DNA from: the human T2T-CHM13v2.0 reference genome, Homo sapiens
Reading direction: 5' to 3' (one strand)
DNA: 64,000 nt
Assembly (NCBI RefSeq): GCF_009914755.1
Contig: NC_060926.1
Shown here: piece by piece, positions 26,159-39,605 of the stretch
Position numbering within the stretch: position 1 is the first letter of the stretch
Layout: every line of letters begins with the position of its first letter
Notes under the pieces: model-generated
What the model was told of the DNA's origin: nothing
What the model saw: only the letters and a program-made list of their open reading frames with translations
Database searches by the model: none
Made by a program: the position numbers and the translations under genes

Positions 26159-26624
26159 TAAAATGACGTTTTTAAAAAGCCCTCCTACACTGCTATTTTT
26201 AAAGTTTTATTTTAAATCTTGTGCCCTTAAATGGCTCTTTTTCCCTTCCACTTAGAATTATTTTTCCAGATTAAAGTTCATAACTCTTTTATAAAATATA
26301 TATCATAAATATTTTTGCATATTTTAAAAAATTATATAGCAAACAGTGATGTTTGGGAGCTTTTGCTAGAATTATAAAGGATTTTTTTTTTAAGGAAGTC
26401 CAAAGCAAAGTCCAAAGCAGAGGGAAGCTGCTGCAGAAGGGAAAATGATGACTTTCTGCCCCTCTATGATCCTGGGGTTGGTAGATGGCTTTTCATCTCT
26501 AGCTCACTGGAACTGACTGAAGGCAGAGGTCATATGTCTTACTTGGAACATCTCTATAGTGGCTGGTACAGGGCTCTGTGCACAGGGTAGGCTAGAATGG
26601 CATTTATAGAGAAATCATCTCAGC

Positions 26625-26825
26625 TGTCACTTATTAAGCACAAACAATGTGCTACATCTTACCAGACCCTACTTTGGGAGAATATTTTTCCCATTTTACA
26701 AATAGGCAAACTGAGGCCCAGAGGGTTCACTGGGTGTCTAAGATTACATAGCTAGCAAGTGACAGAGATGATCCAAACGCAGGTCTCCACCTCTAAAGTC
26801 CTTGCCCTCTCCACTCTATTACTAA
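26625..26825 (-). mobile_element. MIR
   Basis: CCCATTTTACAAATAGGCAAACTGAGGCCCAGAGGGTT...CTAAGATTACATAGCTAGCAAGTGACAGAG. Confidence 0.8.
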
Positions 26826-28269
26826 GCTTCTGACATGGTCGAGTTCTCAAGAGAGGGTAGGTACATCCAAACTGTTGAGCAAAAGAATGCATTTGTCATT
26901 AGGAAGTGGTTGAGTTACTCAACTCAAATTAAAATCAGGGTCCATTGAGTATCTATTCTAGGCTTGTTAGGGTTCATTCTCCTCCCTTTCCCAAAAACTT
27001 GAGCCTTCCTGAGACCTCTCTCCTTGACCCCACATACCCTGACATCTGGCAACAGGAGACCCTCATAGTAAACTGCACGATGGATGAGAACTGCTCTCCT
27101 GCCACACCACTTCCTACCCTTGTCCAAACAGACAACTCTTAGAGATCCACAAACATCTTTCAGCAGTCATATGACATTCTGTTCATTAAGATAAAAAATA
27201 AAGTGGCTCAAACCCCAATTTATGGATTTCCCCAAGGTTTCCAGAGACTTGGAAACAGGAAATGCTATATTCTCCCAGGCACCTCAAGCTCTAAATTCTT
27301 GCTTTCTCTGAACTCTCTCCACAATGCTTGGCTATGCTAATGAGTACTGTCATCATTCTCTCAAGTACCACAAAATTGAGTTATTACACATAATATGCAT
27401 TTATTGATGATGTCCCAGTAGTGGAGAGGGATTACAGCACAGAAGAGAAAACATCTTTAAATTGACCATGTGGCGTCACTGCTCTTACAGTTCCTTGAAT
27501 ATCCTCATTGCAGGGTGTATCCTCCCTGGGACTCAGTCCCTGACCATTAAACTGGGGCTTGTTCTTCCTGCTGTAACCTTTTTACAAGCATCTGTTCTCC
27601 CCTCAAATCTCCAGCCTTACTCCAGTCCTCCAAGCCTACCAGAGGAAAACTGAAAATTCCTGTAAAGTTATTCTGCAGAGTGACTTAAGACCACTTTTTC
27701 TCATTTCATACTTTGCACAGGCCTCTAATTTGTATAACTAAGAAGACTAACTCACTGGTTATCTTCAACCGTCAACGATCTACCACTGAAATGATTTCCG
27801 GAGCTTTTCTGGAAAGCACAGGGTGCTCCCATCATCTCATTTTGTACATCACATCTTGCCCCTCATACTGACTCTTTTTTTGTACTACTAGTCTGATTAG
27901 GGTTGATCGCATTCTAGGAGTCAGCTAGTAGCTGACTCCTTTCTCTCCTCGCCTTTCTCTACTCCTTCCACATACTTGTTTAATGTTTTGGGAATATTTT
28001 TGGACTCCAGAAACCATGTTTGGGGAATCCTTGAAGCCATTACTCTTTAGGGGCTGAGGGCTAGTCTGTCAATCAATGTGCTGGGCCTCTGGTTGGTTTT
28101 TTCTCTGTCCTCAGCTACCCTGTGATACAAATGCCACATGGACATGAGCCTAAGTCACTTCTTTCCATCCAGAATGAGACTGGATTTGGTTGTAATTCAC
28201 ATACAAATATACCATCCCCAGTACCTTAACTAATCTGTAAGGCAACTATACATTTAACCTTCTAAATAG

Positions 28270-28510
28270 TGATAATTTAAATGTCTGCTACATATTAAAC
28301 ATTTTCTAAGTGCAAAGTACCATGTCTAACATATATCATTAAAGCTTTATCAAGCAATGTGTCATAGAAATTGTTAGCCCATTTTACAGGTGAAGAAACT
28401 GAGGCACCATGAGTTTCATAGCTTGTACAAAGTTACAGAGTTAAAAAGAGGGAGAAAAGATTGCAATTTGAGCCTTTTTGTTTCTAGAGCACAAGTTCTT
28501 AACCATTCTT
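28270..28510 (-). mobile_element. MIR
   Basis: CCCATTTTACAGGTGAAGAAACTGAGGCAC. Confidence 0.75.
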
Positions 28511-29539
28511 TTTTTATCACCACCTGTCCCACCAGTGATATATAGATATCTACTCCAATTCCCGTGTGATAAAAGGCTGTCTTTATATGTAATCTAAGCA
28601 AGTGAGCCCATGGCTATAGGTCAATAATGGACAAATTCACCAGTCCATTAAAGCCAAGTAAAGAGAAATAGAGGTTCCACAGAATCAAGCATTTTTTTTT
28701 TTTACTATAGCTAATCTTATCTTTGATTTAATTATTTATATTCCTGGAACAGCCTCTTATATTCACTTAATAAGCTAGCTTCATCAGAACATCTTCAACA
28801 ACTTATTGCCTATTTATCCCCCCTTTGTTTCTCACTGGAAATTTCTTACAACATATCCTAGCCTGGAGATCATCAAATGAGTCAATTTTTCTAAAGTCTA
28901 TCAAGCACTGGGATCATGTCTGTGACAGCTAGTTGTGGGAGTGGATAGTTGATTTTATGGTGCTTTTAAAGGATGATGTTTGGACTATGATTCAGAATGC
29001 TCTTTGTTGGTTATCTTACATACTTAGAATGTTTTAGGTGTGCTTACTTGAACAGCATGGTTCTTTTATGTGCCTCCTTTAAAAATGGTGCTCTGCTGGT
29101 AGAAGGCCTGGTGAGTCATCAGTGCATGGTGATGGAGAACCACACTTTAATGAAAGCAGGCTGTTTGTGGGCTCCTGAAGGACCTCTTACACTTAGGCTT
29201 GCCGTTACCATGAGACTTCACAGAGGCCACTAAGAGAGCCCTTATTTTCTAAACACCTTTAAGAAAGGGGGTACAAGGATCTGAAAGAGACTAAGAAACT
29301 CTTGGCAATGTTCTCAGAGCTGGTCTAAATAACACCAACATTAAAAAAAAAAGTTAAAGTAGAAAACTCAGTCAATCAATCAACTAAATGTTTTGATTTT
29401 CAACATCTAGATACATTCAACATTGGTCTCATGGGAACAAAGCCATAGTATTTTCTTGGCCAGTGTTCCAAATGTGGTGGAGGGACCTGGATATTCTGGA
29501 GATGTTTTTGTCTTTCAGATGGTGAAAAGATTATCTTAA

Positions 29540-29710
29540 GCTTGGAATTAAGTGATGAAAGGGACCTTCGAAATTATCAACTCTAAATACTTCTTTACAG
29601 GTGAGTGCCAGTGAGGATATGACGTCGCCAGTCTTAGTCACATTGCTAATTTCAGAGGCAAGAGTGAAACAAAGTTCTCCTGCTTCCAGTTGCATCTTCA
29701 TACAGTTGTC
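29540..29710 (-). mobile_element. MIR3/MIRc-like fragment
   Basis: GAAAGGGACCTT...ATCAACTCTAA...TTTACAGGTGAG...GTCACATTGCTAATT...TCTCCTGCTTCCAGT. Confidence 0.5.
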
Positions 29711-31870
29711 ATCCTGTATTTTCTTTTGTAAGGGGAAAGAAAAGTGGCAGCTGGAATACTCCACCTTTGAAATTAGTTAGATTTTTCTGTTTCCAAATAC
29801 AGACATGATTATGCCTGCATAGGTGAGATTTACAGCACACGTTGGGCCATCATCATGATTGTCCAGTATGTAGGATGAATATATTGTATGTGCAAAGCTC
29901 CAGACAACGCCCGAGAGAATGAGAAGAGCTGGAAGACACCACCCCACACTTTATCTGATGGTTGTGCCGTTGGAAACAATCATTTGTGCAAACCTAGTAC
30001 TTCAGAGAAAATAACACAGCCTGAAGAAAATCAGGTCTTGACTCAAATGAATCTTGACTGTGTTCAGCCTTCCCTGAAACCCAACTTTTTTCCTGAGAAT
30101 GTGTATGTAAAGGAATTTTGAGAATATTTGAAGAATGCAAATAATTATATTTTCTTAGTGTAGTTAAGAAAAGGATGTGTGTGTGGGAGGAAGAGTAGAC
30201 GTGCAGTGACCGCACTAACAAGTATTGTCCCCCCAATGTATATTTAATAGGATAAGGATGGTTTTTTGAAGTTAATGGCATAGAGTTACGATTAAAGTAT
30301 ATGTGATATGAGGGATGTAGGAAAGTCCAACAAATAAGAATGTATGGGCAAGCTCATACAAAGAAGACAAGACTAATTTTATTAGTGTGGTCATTTTTGT
30401 TTTAAAGAAAGTCCTGAAGGATTCATATTTTAGAAGATTTGCTTCCAAAGATGCCATAATCTTCTAAAATAATACTCTAAAAATCAATGTCAATGTAAAT
30501 GTTCATTTCTAATACGAATAAAATTAATCAAACATTTGTTACTATTTCATATATCCAGGCTTTATTATATGCCCTTCATTTTAGGAAAATTGAAAGCAGT
30601 TAAGAACCTGCCCCCTACCGTGGAGTTCTTGGTGCCGTGAGTTGGAGTTCTTGGTGCCTGGGTGCGTCCCCAAGGCCACTGGTCTTCAGATCTTTCTTAC
30701 TTGAGAAGAACGCCTCCGCCTCCTGGCTCTCCCACCAGTGGTATTGCCACCACCACACACCAGCATAAAGCACAGATTGCTGCCCAGCTCCTTGGAGAGG
30801 GGCCAGTGCATTTGTCAGGAATTGAAAAGTTTTGGAGCCAGTTCGAGGACTTTCTGCTGCACAAAGTGTTGGCTGGAAGCATGGTGAGTATTTAATGGGA
30901 TGTTAATTTTCATGAATATTTTCCCCATGGTTGTAGCTTGTGGTCATTGAGCAATTTAGCAATCACCATGTGGTCTGTTGGACACACAGCCTGGATGAAG
31001 TTCAAGAAATTAGAAGCCAGTCAGTGGGGACAAGGCCAGAACTCAAATTCATGTGTTTTCACTTTCTTTCTTTTTTTTTTCCTCCCACCTCAGGGGATGG
31101 TTGCTTCTTTATTACAACTTAGGTGCAACCATATGCCTGAGATCCCTTTGTACCACCCATATTGATGTTCCTTCACATTTTCACTCATTTCATTTTAGCT
31201 CATGTCTGTCAGACTTGTATTCTGGCTGTAAAATCCATGATTCAATGATTATTTGCCAGTTCATTCTTTGCCTCATCATGTAGGGTAGATTGCATCATTA
31301 ATTCCAAGGACACTTATGTATGGTACAAGGCGTAAACGATTTCATACTTATCTTCAAAGTGAGAGGGGTTTGTTGGAATTCTGGAAATTACAAGCCTGTA
31401 AGAGAAGAAATTTTGATACAACGACTATGGAAAATCAGGGTCCTGTATTTGACGTGAATACCATCTTATGTTTTTACGGTACCTTTCCTACATCATATGA
31501 TTGCAATTAACTTTCACAACACTTTGTGAGACGTCTAAGGCAGGAACTCTATCACAGTTCCTTCATTACCCATCCTATAGTCCTTAGAAGTGAAACTATG
31601 TTGCTCAAGCGGACACAGCTAGGAGTGGAAGACCTCCTGCTCCACCCACATTCTCCTTCCTCCCTATCAGCCCTCCCCCACCTCAATACCCAAGCTGTGT
31701 CATTAGAAATTTGTTATGGATAACAAATATAGCACGATTCTCCCATGACTTATTTTTCTCGGTTTTTAATAAATTGTAGCAAGTCAAATTTTTATTCCCA
31801 TTTGTTAATATTCCTGCATGCTTTCTTGAAGAGAAACAGAGTGGATGGAAATGTCATATATGCTCTAGGA

Positions 31871-32219
31871 CAGCAATCCCCAACCCTTTTGGCACCAGGG
31901 ACCAGTTTCATGGAAGGCAATTTTTTCATGGACCAGAGATGAGGGAGTGGTAGGATGGTTTTGGAATGAAACTGTTCTACCTCATGTCATTAGGCATTAG
32001 TTAGATTATCATAAGGATCACACAACCTAGATTCTTCACATGTGCAGTTCACAATAGGGGTTCATGCTCCTATGAGAATTTAATGCCACTGCTGATCTGA
32101 CAGGTGGCAGAGCTCACAGTAATTCTGGCTCGCCTGCCACTCACCTCTGGCTGTGCGGCCCAGTTCCTAACAGGCCATGGACAGGTACCAGTCTGCAGCC
32201 TGAGGATTGGGGACCCCTG
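31871..32219 (+). mobile_element. MER1B hAT-Charlie MITE, full length
   Basis: TIRs CAGCAATCCCCAACC and GATTGGGGACCCCTG; perfect 8-bp TSD CTCTAGGA at 31863-31870 and 32220-32227. Confidence 0.92.
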
Positions 32220-35200
32220 CTCTAGGAGTTATGTGTGACACACAGATGTCAGCATATCTCATTGGCACCACCTGAGGAATGGGTGTAGCATGCAAATTGA
32301 TATTAGACATATTGTTGATGAGAGTTTGCATACCCTCTACTGTGTTAGCCACTTCTGTCTACTGTCTTAGGAGGAGATATTTTATAGGGTCACTTCAATG
32401 ATTCTCATTATTTAATTGCCACCCATGGTAGAACCCCAGAAGTGAAACTTTTTGATATTCTCTTTTCCAGGATAAAATTCTCTGACATCTGAAGTTGCTT
32501 TCTGAGAATTAAATAGTAAATGAATCTGAGATGAATCTTTAAAAGTTCACAAGTAGATTATGTTATTTGTTTAGCCTATGAATAATTACACATATAATCA
32601 ATAATACATAGTAAAGCACATTAGATGTATTCCCAAATATACATATATATATGCATATATAGAAAATATATGAGCAATCCATTTTTATTCAATATTATTG
32701 GAAAATCAATTGATCTGCATATGTAAAATTTTGTCTTCCTTACTTAAAAACTTACCTTTTAAGTATTTTAACAATTTTGATGGACTTTCCTTTGAACTGT
32801 TTTACATACTTCTCTTTCAGGAAAGAAAGAGAATATGGAACTCATTTAGTCCTTTTTGGAAGGCTTGTGTTAATACTATAAACAGAATTTATTTGCTCTG
32901 TTCTCTGAACACCTTGAAGATTCTTTGAGACATTCTGTCCATTATATTTTTGCGGCTCTTTTCTTACCGGAATAGCCAGTCTAGTGTTTAGAGGTTTTAG
33001 CCTGATGATCTCTAGCATTCTCATAATTTGCTTCTTATCTGCATTGAGCTGCAGCTCACGATATAAAAGCATTAGTATTTCGTGTGAAGTAAGAGTTAAT
33101 AGGCCCTGAATGATTAGAGTACATATAAATTATGGGGGCTTGATGTTGTGGAATAATAACCCTGAATTGCTGATTCTCAGGCCCCTTTTTTCCACTTTCT
33201 CTTTGGTTTCCAGGTAGGATATAAAGAATAGAAGTTGCCTAATAAGTGAAGTGTTACTCTCCATTAAAAAACAATGAGGTGCATATGAATGCTTTAAATC
33301 TTACTGGGATTAGCAGTGTTTAGTTTGGGATGACCAAGGGATAAGCAGGGAGCACTTCTGGCTGTGCATAAGAGAGGAGTGTTTTTATTTGTGTTTGTCA
33401 AGGATGAACTTATGAGCAAACTACAAAAGGACATTGCCTCTTTAACGGAGGCTCTGGCTTGTGTTCCTGGGAGCTTCGCAGCCTTTGTTCGTAAAGCAGC
33501 ATGAAAGAGTTGATTTTCATTTTATGTTGTGCTTGTGAGGCATTAGCATGATGTTCTAACACTTGTAAATGAATACAGCTCTCGCCTAATCTGTCATTTT
33601 AATGCCTTATAGATTTTATTTCACTCGATGTTGTACCAGATTCTCAATAATAATAATCAACTGCTTTGTTGTTCTCTTGCAGAAATTAAATTTCTGCAGT
33701 GAGTGTGCAACTAATAAAAGATGTTGCTTGAGGAAACAAAAAATAAATATGATGAATCATAAAAGTTGGGTGGGGGGAGAAGGGAAGTTGCTCCTAGATG
33801 AAAGACAATTACTGAACCAGTGGTGAATGTGTCTGATTCTCATACTGTCAACAGCTTAATAACCGTCACAAAGTCTTTAGCCACTGTACTTATGTCTGAG
33901 CATTAACCTCATGGACTTGGCATTTCCCACGATTTCATTGAAAAGCATTAAAATAAAAAGGTGAGGTGGTAAAATCACTATTCTCTTTGCTTTGCACCCT
34001 AGATAAGTTTGCTCAGGGTTGCCATTTTGCCACACATACATGTTATCTTTTCCTTGTCATGAGCTATCCAGGAGAGCAGCATCAAGGCAGCTGTGTGGGA
34101 CTTGGAGTACTGGCAAAGACTGCAAAGTGGAAAATAAACAGTGTGTCTATCACCAAGCTACAAGAACACAGCACTCAGAGCAGTGAAATGACAGTCCATG
34201 GCAAGCAACTAATTGGTCACCAGCTTTGGAGGAAATACATTATTCCAGACCTCTGTCATTTACCATGTTCTTTAAACTAGAGAAAAATCTGCCAGGTTGA
34301 AGTGTTGGCTGCAACCCCCAAAAGAAAGGAAATAGAGAGTTAAGACTGCGAGGCTGGGCAGGCACTTTGGAGACTGAGTAATTGAAGACATCCATTGCTA
34401 GAGAAAGAGTCAGTTTCCTGAGACATAATGAATTCACCCCATTGCGCACAGGTATTGTGTGGGTCCAGCACCAGTTATGTGATGAATGTTGTATTTCACA
34501 TAGCTTCTGCCTGAGAATACAGGCTCAAGTGAATTCAGCATGTGACCACATTTTTATGAGAGCTGTCCCTTTTTTTTCACAGTTTGTCTCTCTAATTTAT
34601 CGTTTCACTTGGAAAGGTTGATACATTGATGAGCTACGAAAAGCAAGAGGGAACATGCCCATCTACTAAGAGGAGAAGAGAGCCTAAAACATACACATTC
34701 ACTAAGGAAGAGAAAGCCAAATGTGAGGTAACAGACACTCACAGGGCTAGACCTACAACTGGTCAATTTAAAAATGTTAAAAGTAAGGACCTAATGCATA
34801 ATCAGATTGACTTAAGCATGTGCACCTCTGTCCCAAACTGGACATATCATATGCAGAAGAGAAGGAATAAGAAGAAACTTCTCACACAAATACGCATTTT
34901 ATTTATGTATTTAAATGTGCAGCCACATAGACTCTCCCCATTCAGGTTAGCTTGGATGAATGAGGCCTTAGTGTGCACTGAGATTGTGAATTTAAAAACC
35001 CAGAGGTCTCGATAGCAATAACTGGTTGTTTATCTTAATCCACAGAAGTATGTAGTCCAAAAATTATAAAATAGTTTAAAATCATGTAGGTTAATAGCTT
35101 TATAAATGTAAGCACTGTTTCTTTGATGGGCCTTAAAGGGCCCATAAACTCTTTGGAATTGTACCCTTTAATGTGTATGGATATATGTACATTTTAGAGA

Positions 35201-35654
35201 CGAAGAAGATCAGTGGTTTTCCTCGGATTCTCTAACAAGTACAAGACCAAAAAGAAGCCAAAAACCTCTTAATTGTGTATACTGAAAGAAAAAGAAGAAG
35301 AAAAGAAAAATAGTAAATTTTAAGGAAACCTATGATCAATTGTTCATGAATGTCAGCTCTAAATAGGAAAAGATTTATTAAAAGTAGTTTTTAAAAGTTG
35401 TGTATTTTTATAACTTGCTTTTAATCACAAGAATCATCTTAGAATTTCATATGGAATCCTTTTGCATCCATATGACTTCATTTCCATTTTTAAAACAAAT
35501 ATATAACCTAAAAGATGCCCAGACTGTATCTTTGTATTCCTAATCTATGTGTACTATTGTGCTCGTATGCGCATGCACTCTCTCTCTCTGCCCTCTTTTG
35601 CCTTTTCAGAAGCAATAACACATGGTTTGCCAAAGAATCTGCATTGAATAATAC

Positions 35655-36093
35655 TGGTGGTGACCACAAGAACATGCCTCTCTGACTGCAAGGAACAAGA
35701 GTGACCCAGGGTTTCAGCTGCTGCCTTGGAAATTCATCACAGTGCAAGTCTATGCTTCCCACGGGCTGCTCCCAGCCTGTGAATAAGCCTGGCATCTTTG
35801 TTGAGGCAGGCCTATTTCTGGAGATGCAGGATCCTCCGATGGGCGAATTTGGCTCTAGGACTGCTTGATGGCCTTGACAGACTTTCCTTAGAAATGCATG
35901 GCAATTTAGGGTTCCTCCACCCTTCCCTCTTTCTCTCCTTCACCTAGGGTCGGACTTGCATCATGGCCTGAAAGCTCCACCAGCCTCTCCTGCCCTCCTC
36001 CTCATTTTCTTTCACAGGCATATCCTCTAATAAATTTCTTGCACATTGAATCTCATCTTGGCATCTACTTATTGGAGGATCTGAAAATTCACA
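35655..36093 (+). mobile_element. LTR16A-like ERVL solo LTR
   Basis: GCTTCCCACGGGCTGCTCCCAGCC...GCAGGCCTATTTCTG...AATAAATTTCTTGCACATTGAATCTCATCTTGGCATCT matches the recalled LTR16A consensus. Confidence 0.8.
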
Positions 36094-36129
36094 TTTTTAA
36101 CACAATAATAAAATTCACATTTTTTCATC

Positions 36130-36345
36130 ATCCACTATATGCCAAGTAATGTGTTACTGTGTAGTCTCATTAAATCCTCTCAAATCCAAGAGATAAGAAT
36201 TACATTTATTTTACAAGAAGAAAAGCAGTCACTCTGAGAGGTAAAATAATGTATATGGCAGTAGATTGCAGAGTTAGCATTTGAAGAATGTTCGGTTGTA
36301 CTCCAAAGCCCACCACAAAACTCCACCACTAAACCACAGCACCTT
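36130..36345 (-). mobile_element. MIR fragment
   Basis: ACTATATGCCAAG...TCTCATTAAATCCTC...TTTTACAAGAAGAAAAG...CTCCAAAGCCC. Confidence 0.55.
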
Positions 36346-37129
36346 TGGAGCAATTGGAATGACGATTCTGTTCAAATCATATTAATACCAATCACTGTAT
36401 TTGACTTTTTCGTTTAGATGTGGCTGTGATTGAAAAATCATGGTCTTTGTATATAGTCACCTGTTCTATCTGCCTTTGTTTTGGGGGACTGCCACCTGAA
36501 ATTCCTGACTTTTACCCTGGGAGGGGCTTGTGCAGAGGATCTGAGTTACTCATCTGAACGGACTGCCTAAAGACACCTCAGTTTGTGTTGTCTGTGCATT
36601 CACTCAGCCTCCATAGCTAAACTAAGATGCTGGGAATGAGAGACTGTTCAAGGAGTAGAAGCCTTGCTTCTAGCTTCTATATTCCTCCTACCACCTATGA
36701 CTTTTAGCGTTGTCAGGGAAGTCATGAGGTTAGAGCTGATTTTTTTTTTAAGAAAATGAGAAACATAAATGTTCTCTTTTCAAGGTTTCTGTTTGATAGT
36801 GTTTGCTAGACAAAGTAGAATTTTCACAGTACAAGTCCTTAGCTCAAGAGCTCCACTCAGTCAGCAGTTATTTCATCTGCCTTTTATCCAGCCTTTCTCG
36901 TTTAAAAAAAGGAAAAAGAGAAATTTATCCACTCAAAGTGAGCTTTTTGCTAAACTTGTGTCTTTCCCTTGTTTGTCATGTTAATTACATCCCAAACAAC
37001 CCTATTGCAGAGAATTCTGCAATCAAACCCCAAAGTCCCATCAGATGTACAGTGGCTTTTAAAGTGGACTGATTTTTTATGTAATAATAAATTTAGTGTT
37101 ATGCTTACCTCTAAATAAATGCAGATTCT

Positions 37130-37300
37130 GCTTCTTAGAATACCTGCTACTTCGTGTATCGTGTGACCTACTATGGTAAGATGTTTAACCTCTCATTTCT
37201 TAATTTCCTCACATTTAAGGCAGAGATAATAATATCTCCGCTATAAGGGTCGTTATGTGCCATGTGTTATATGATATGCATTTAATTCATGTAAATGTGT
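37130..37300 (+). mobile_element. MIR fragment
   Basis: GTGTGACC...TTTAACCTCTC...TTTCCTCACATTTAAGGCAGAGATAATAATA. Confidence 0.55.
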
Positions 37301-39383
37301 GTGAAATAAATAACCAGATCTTGCCCAGTTAATTTTTGGTGAGGCAATTTGACAGTTCTATTGTAGATAGACCTATTCAGCAAACTATCCATAAGAGAGA
37401 GAGTTTATCTGAAATCGCCTTGGCTGGACAATACTTGTGGGTTCAGATACCTTTAGGAAGTGATTTTCACCACGAATGGCAGAATTTAAGAGATCTCAAC
37501 TGAATGAACATAGATAGGTGCTCAATGAATATTACAAAACTAAGTCAACAAGGGAATGTGGCATAGAATGAGCTTGGTCCTCCAAGGTGAAAAAGCTAAT
37601 GCCTGCATTAGTAAAGGGTTATTCCATTAACTCATTTTCAGTTAATACAAGACTAATTATTCAAGTATTACTCAAATTCCCTTTAATATTAACATTGTGT
37701 GTGGAGATTACATATTACAAAAACATTTGAGGATTAAACCAATGTATAAGTCATTAAAATTATTCTGTTGCAGGGGTGGGGTGGTGAGGACTATTTTATT
37801 ACCGTGCAGAAAATTCCCTGCTCATCTAAAGTGAGATCATACTCACCTTCTAGCCTTGTCTGCTTGTTTATAAACTCCAGCAGGCAAAACAGTGCCAAAG
37901 GACACACAGAGATTTTCCCAAATAAAGTGCTAAAATGGTGGTCAAAATGTTGGCAGTATAAGTTTATCACGTGATATGTTAATCATAGTTACAGACTGAC
38001 TGGGAAGTGTTAGTTTAAGAGGAAAAAAGACGAAGAACTTTACCTGTCTTAAATAGAGAATTAAACTCATTTTGGAGGGAGAGGGTTTGAAGTGGTTCCT
38101 AATTGGATGATGTTGGCTGGTTTCATCTCAATCCTGAAGGGATCTAGAAATACAGTAGGGTCCCACATTAGCTTTATATGTAATATGGAAGCAGCTTAAT
38201 GGGGCCTTATAAAGCTTAATTCAGCACTCTTATGCAAGAAGAAATGTCATAACCCAAGGACCACCTAAGAATGAGAAATATTAATAAAAGGAATATTTGT
38301 GGGGTCCTTGGCCAAGCTTTGGTGTGGATCTCCAGAAAATTTATGAGAGAGGCAAATTTGCTTTTTTGTTTAAAGCCACTACATTATAATTCTGCCATGT
38401 AGCATAGTTATATATGCACTTATTGTATTCCCTCTTACTGGATCATCAGCTCATTATAGGCCAACATTTGTTCATTAAACAAAACATGTTTTAAGTTCCC
38501 ATTTTGTTCTGAGCGCTAGCAATATAAAGAAAAAGGAAACAAAGATAACATTGCTGTTCTCAAGAAGAGTATCATCTAGTGGTGGATGTGCAAATTTAAT
38601 TAAGAATTAAATTCATATCTCCTTGTGCAGCAGTTTCCAAAGTGAGGTATGCACATTGAAGGTATGGAAATTTCATATTCCATAATATGATGACATTATG
38701 TGATATTTGACAATAATAGAGCATCTATTTATATTTAAAAATGAGAAATTATGTTTAATATTGAATATGTGGATTTACATATATTACATATATATCATTG
38801 TTTGTAATTATATATTAAAAATACTTTAGTGATAGTAAGATAGCAGTTGGAAGACAAATATTATATATACCCACTGGATGTCAGTAAACAATTGTTGAAT
38901 AAAAAGACTCATAATCTCAGGTTAGTAAATCTTCTTATTGTCGCAGGTACACTAAAATCTACTTGTTGTCCTTTTAACCACACGTGCTTCCTCTTCTGCC
39001 TATTGCCCCATGAGCAAGTTCCCTCAGTGACATATCCAACTCATAGTTTTCCCTGCATTGACCAACCCAGAAGTCCTAATTCAATCTTGAGTTGAATAGA
39101 ATTGAATTACATTGCTTGAGTGCATTTCTAATAATGTTTTCATGAGGTAACACATAGCAAGATTCACAGAAGGTTCATTTCAGTCCCCAAGTGTACACAT
39201 TTTGTCTGAGCAGTTCAAGTTAGCCTCTATATTAATGAACAGATATGACAACCTCTGTGGATCACCAAATACTAGAAACCGTAGTCATGATTAGGTTTCT
39301 AATTTTTCTGCCCCAGAGTTCTTGTTCTACTTACTGATGCCACTTCAAGGAAGAAAGTTAGTGTTTATTTTGAGGGGTTATAG

Positions 39384-39605
39384 CAAGATTTCTGAGACCA
39401 TCACGATAGATATTTGGGACCCATAATTCTTTGTTATTGGAGGGCTGTCCTGTGCATTGTAGGGTGTTTAGTATTATCTCCATCCTCTACTCACTAGCTG
39501 CCAGTAGCAGTTCATTCCCCTCCCCCATTTGTAACATGACAAACGTCTGGGGATATTGCCAAATGTTCCCTGGGGAGTAAAACTGTCCCCATTTGAAAGC
39601 CACTG
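39384..39605 (-). mobile_element. MER20 hAT-Charlie MITE
   Basis: ATAATTCTTTGTT...GGGCTGTCCTGTGCATTGTAGGGTGTTTAG...ATTGCCAAATGTTCCCTGGGG...GAAAGCCACTG. Confidence 0.9.

Noticed and set aside
34626-35015. 129-aa Lys-rich ORF
   Set aside because: Non-ATG start in the track, A-rich composition and no recognisable homology.
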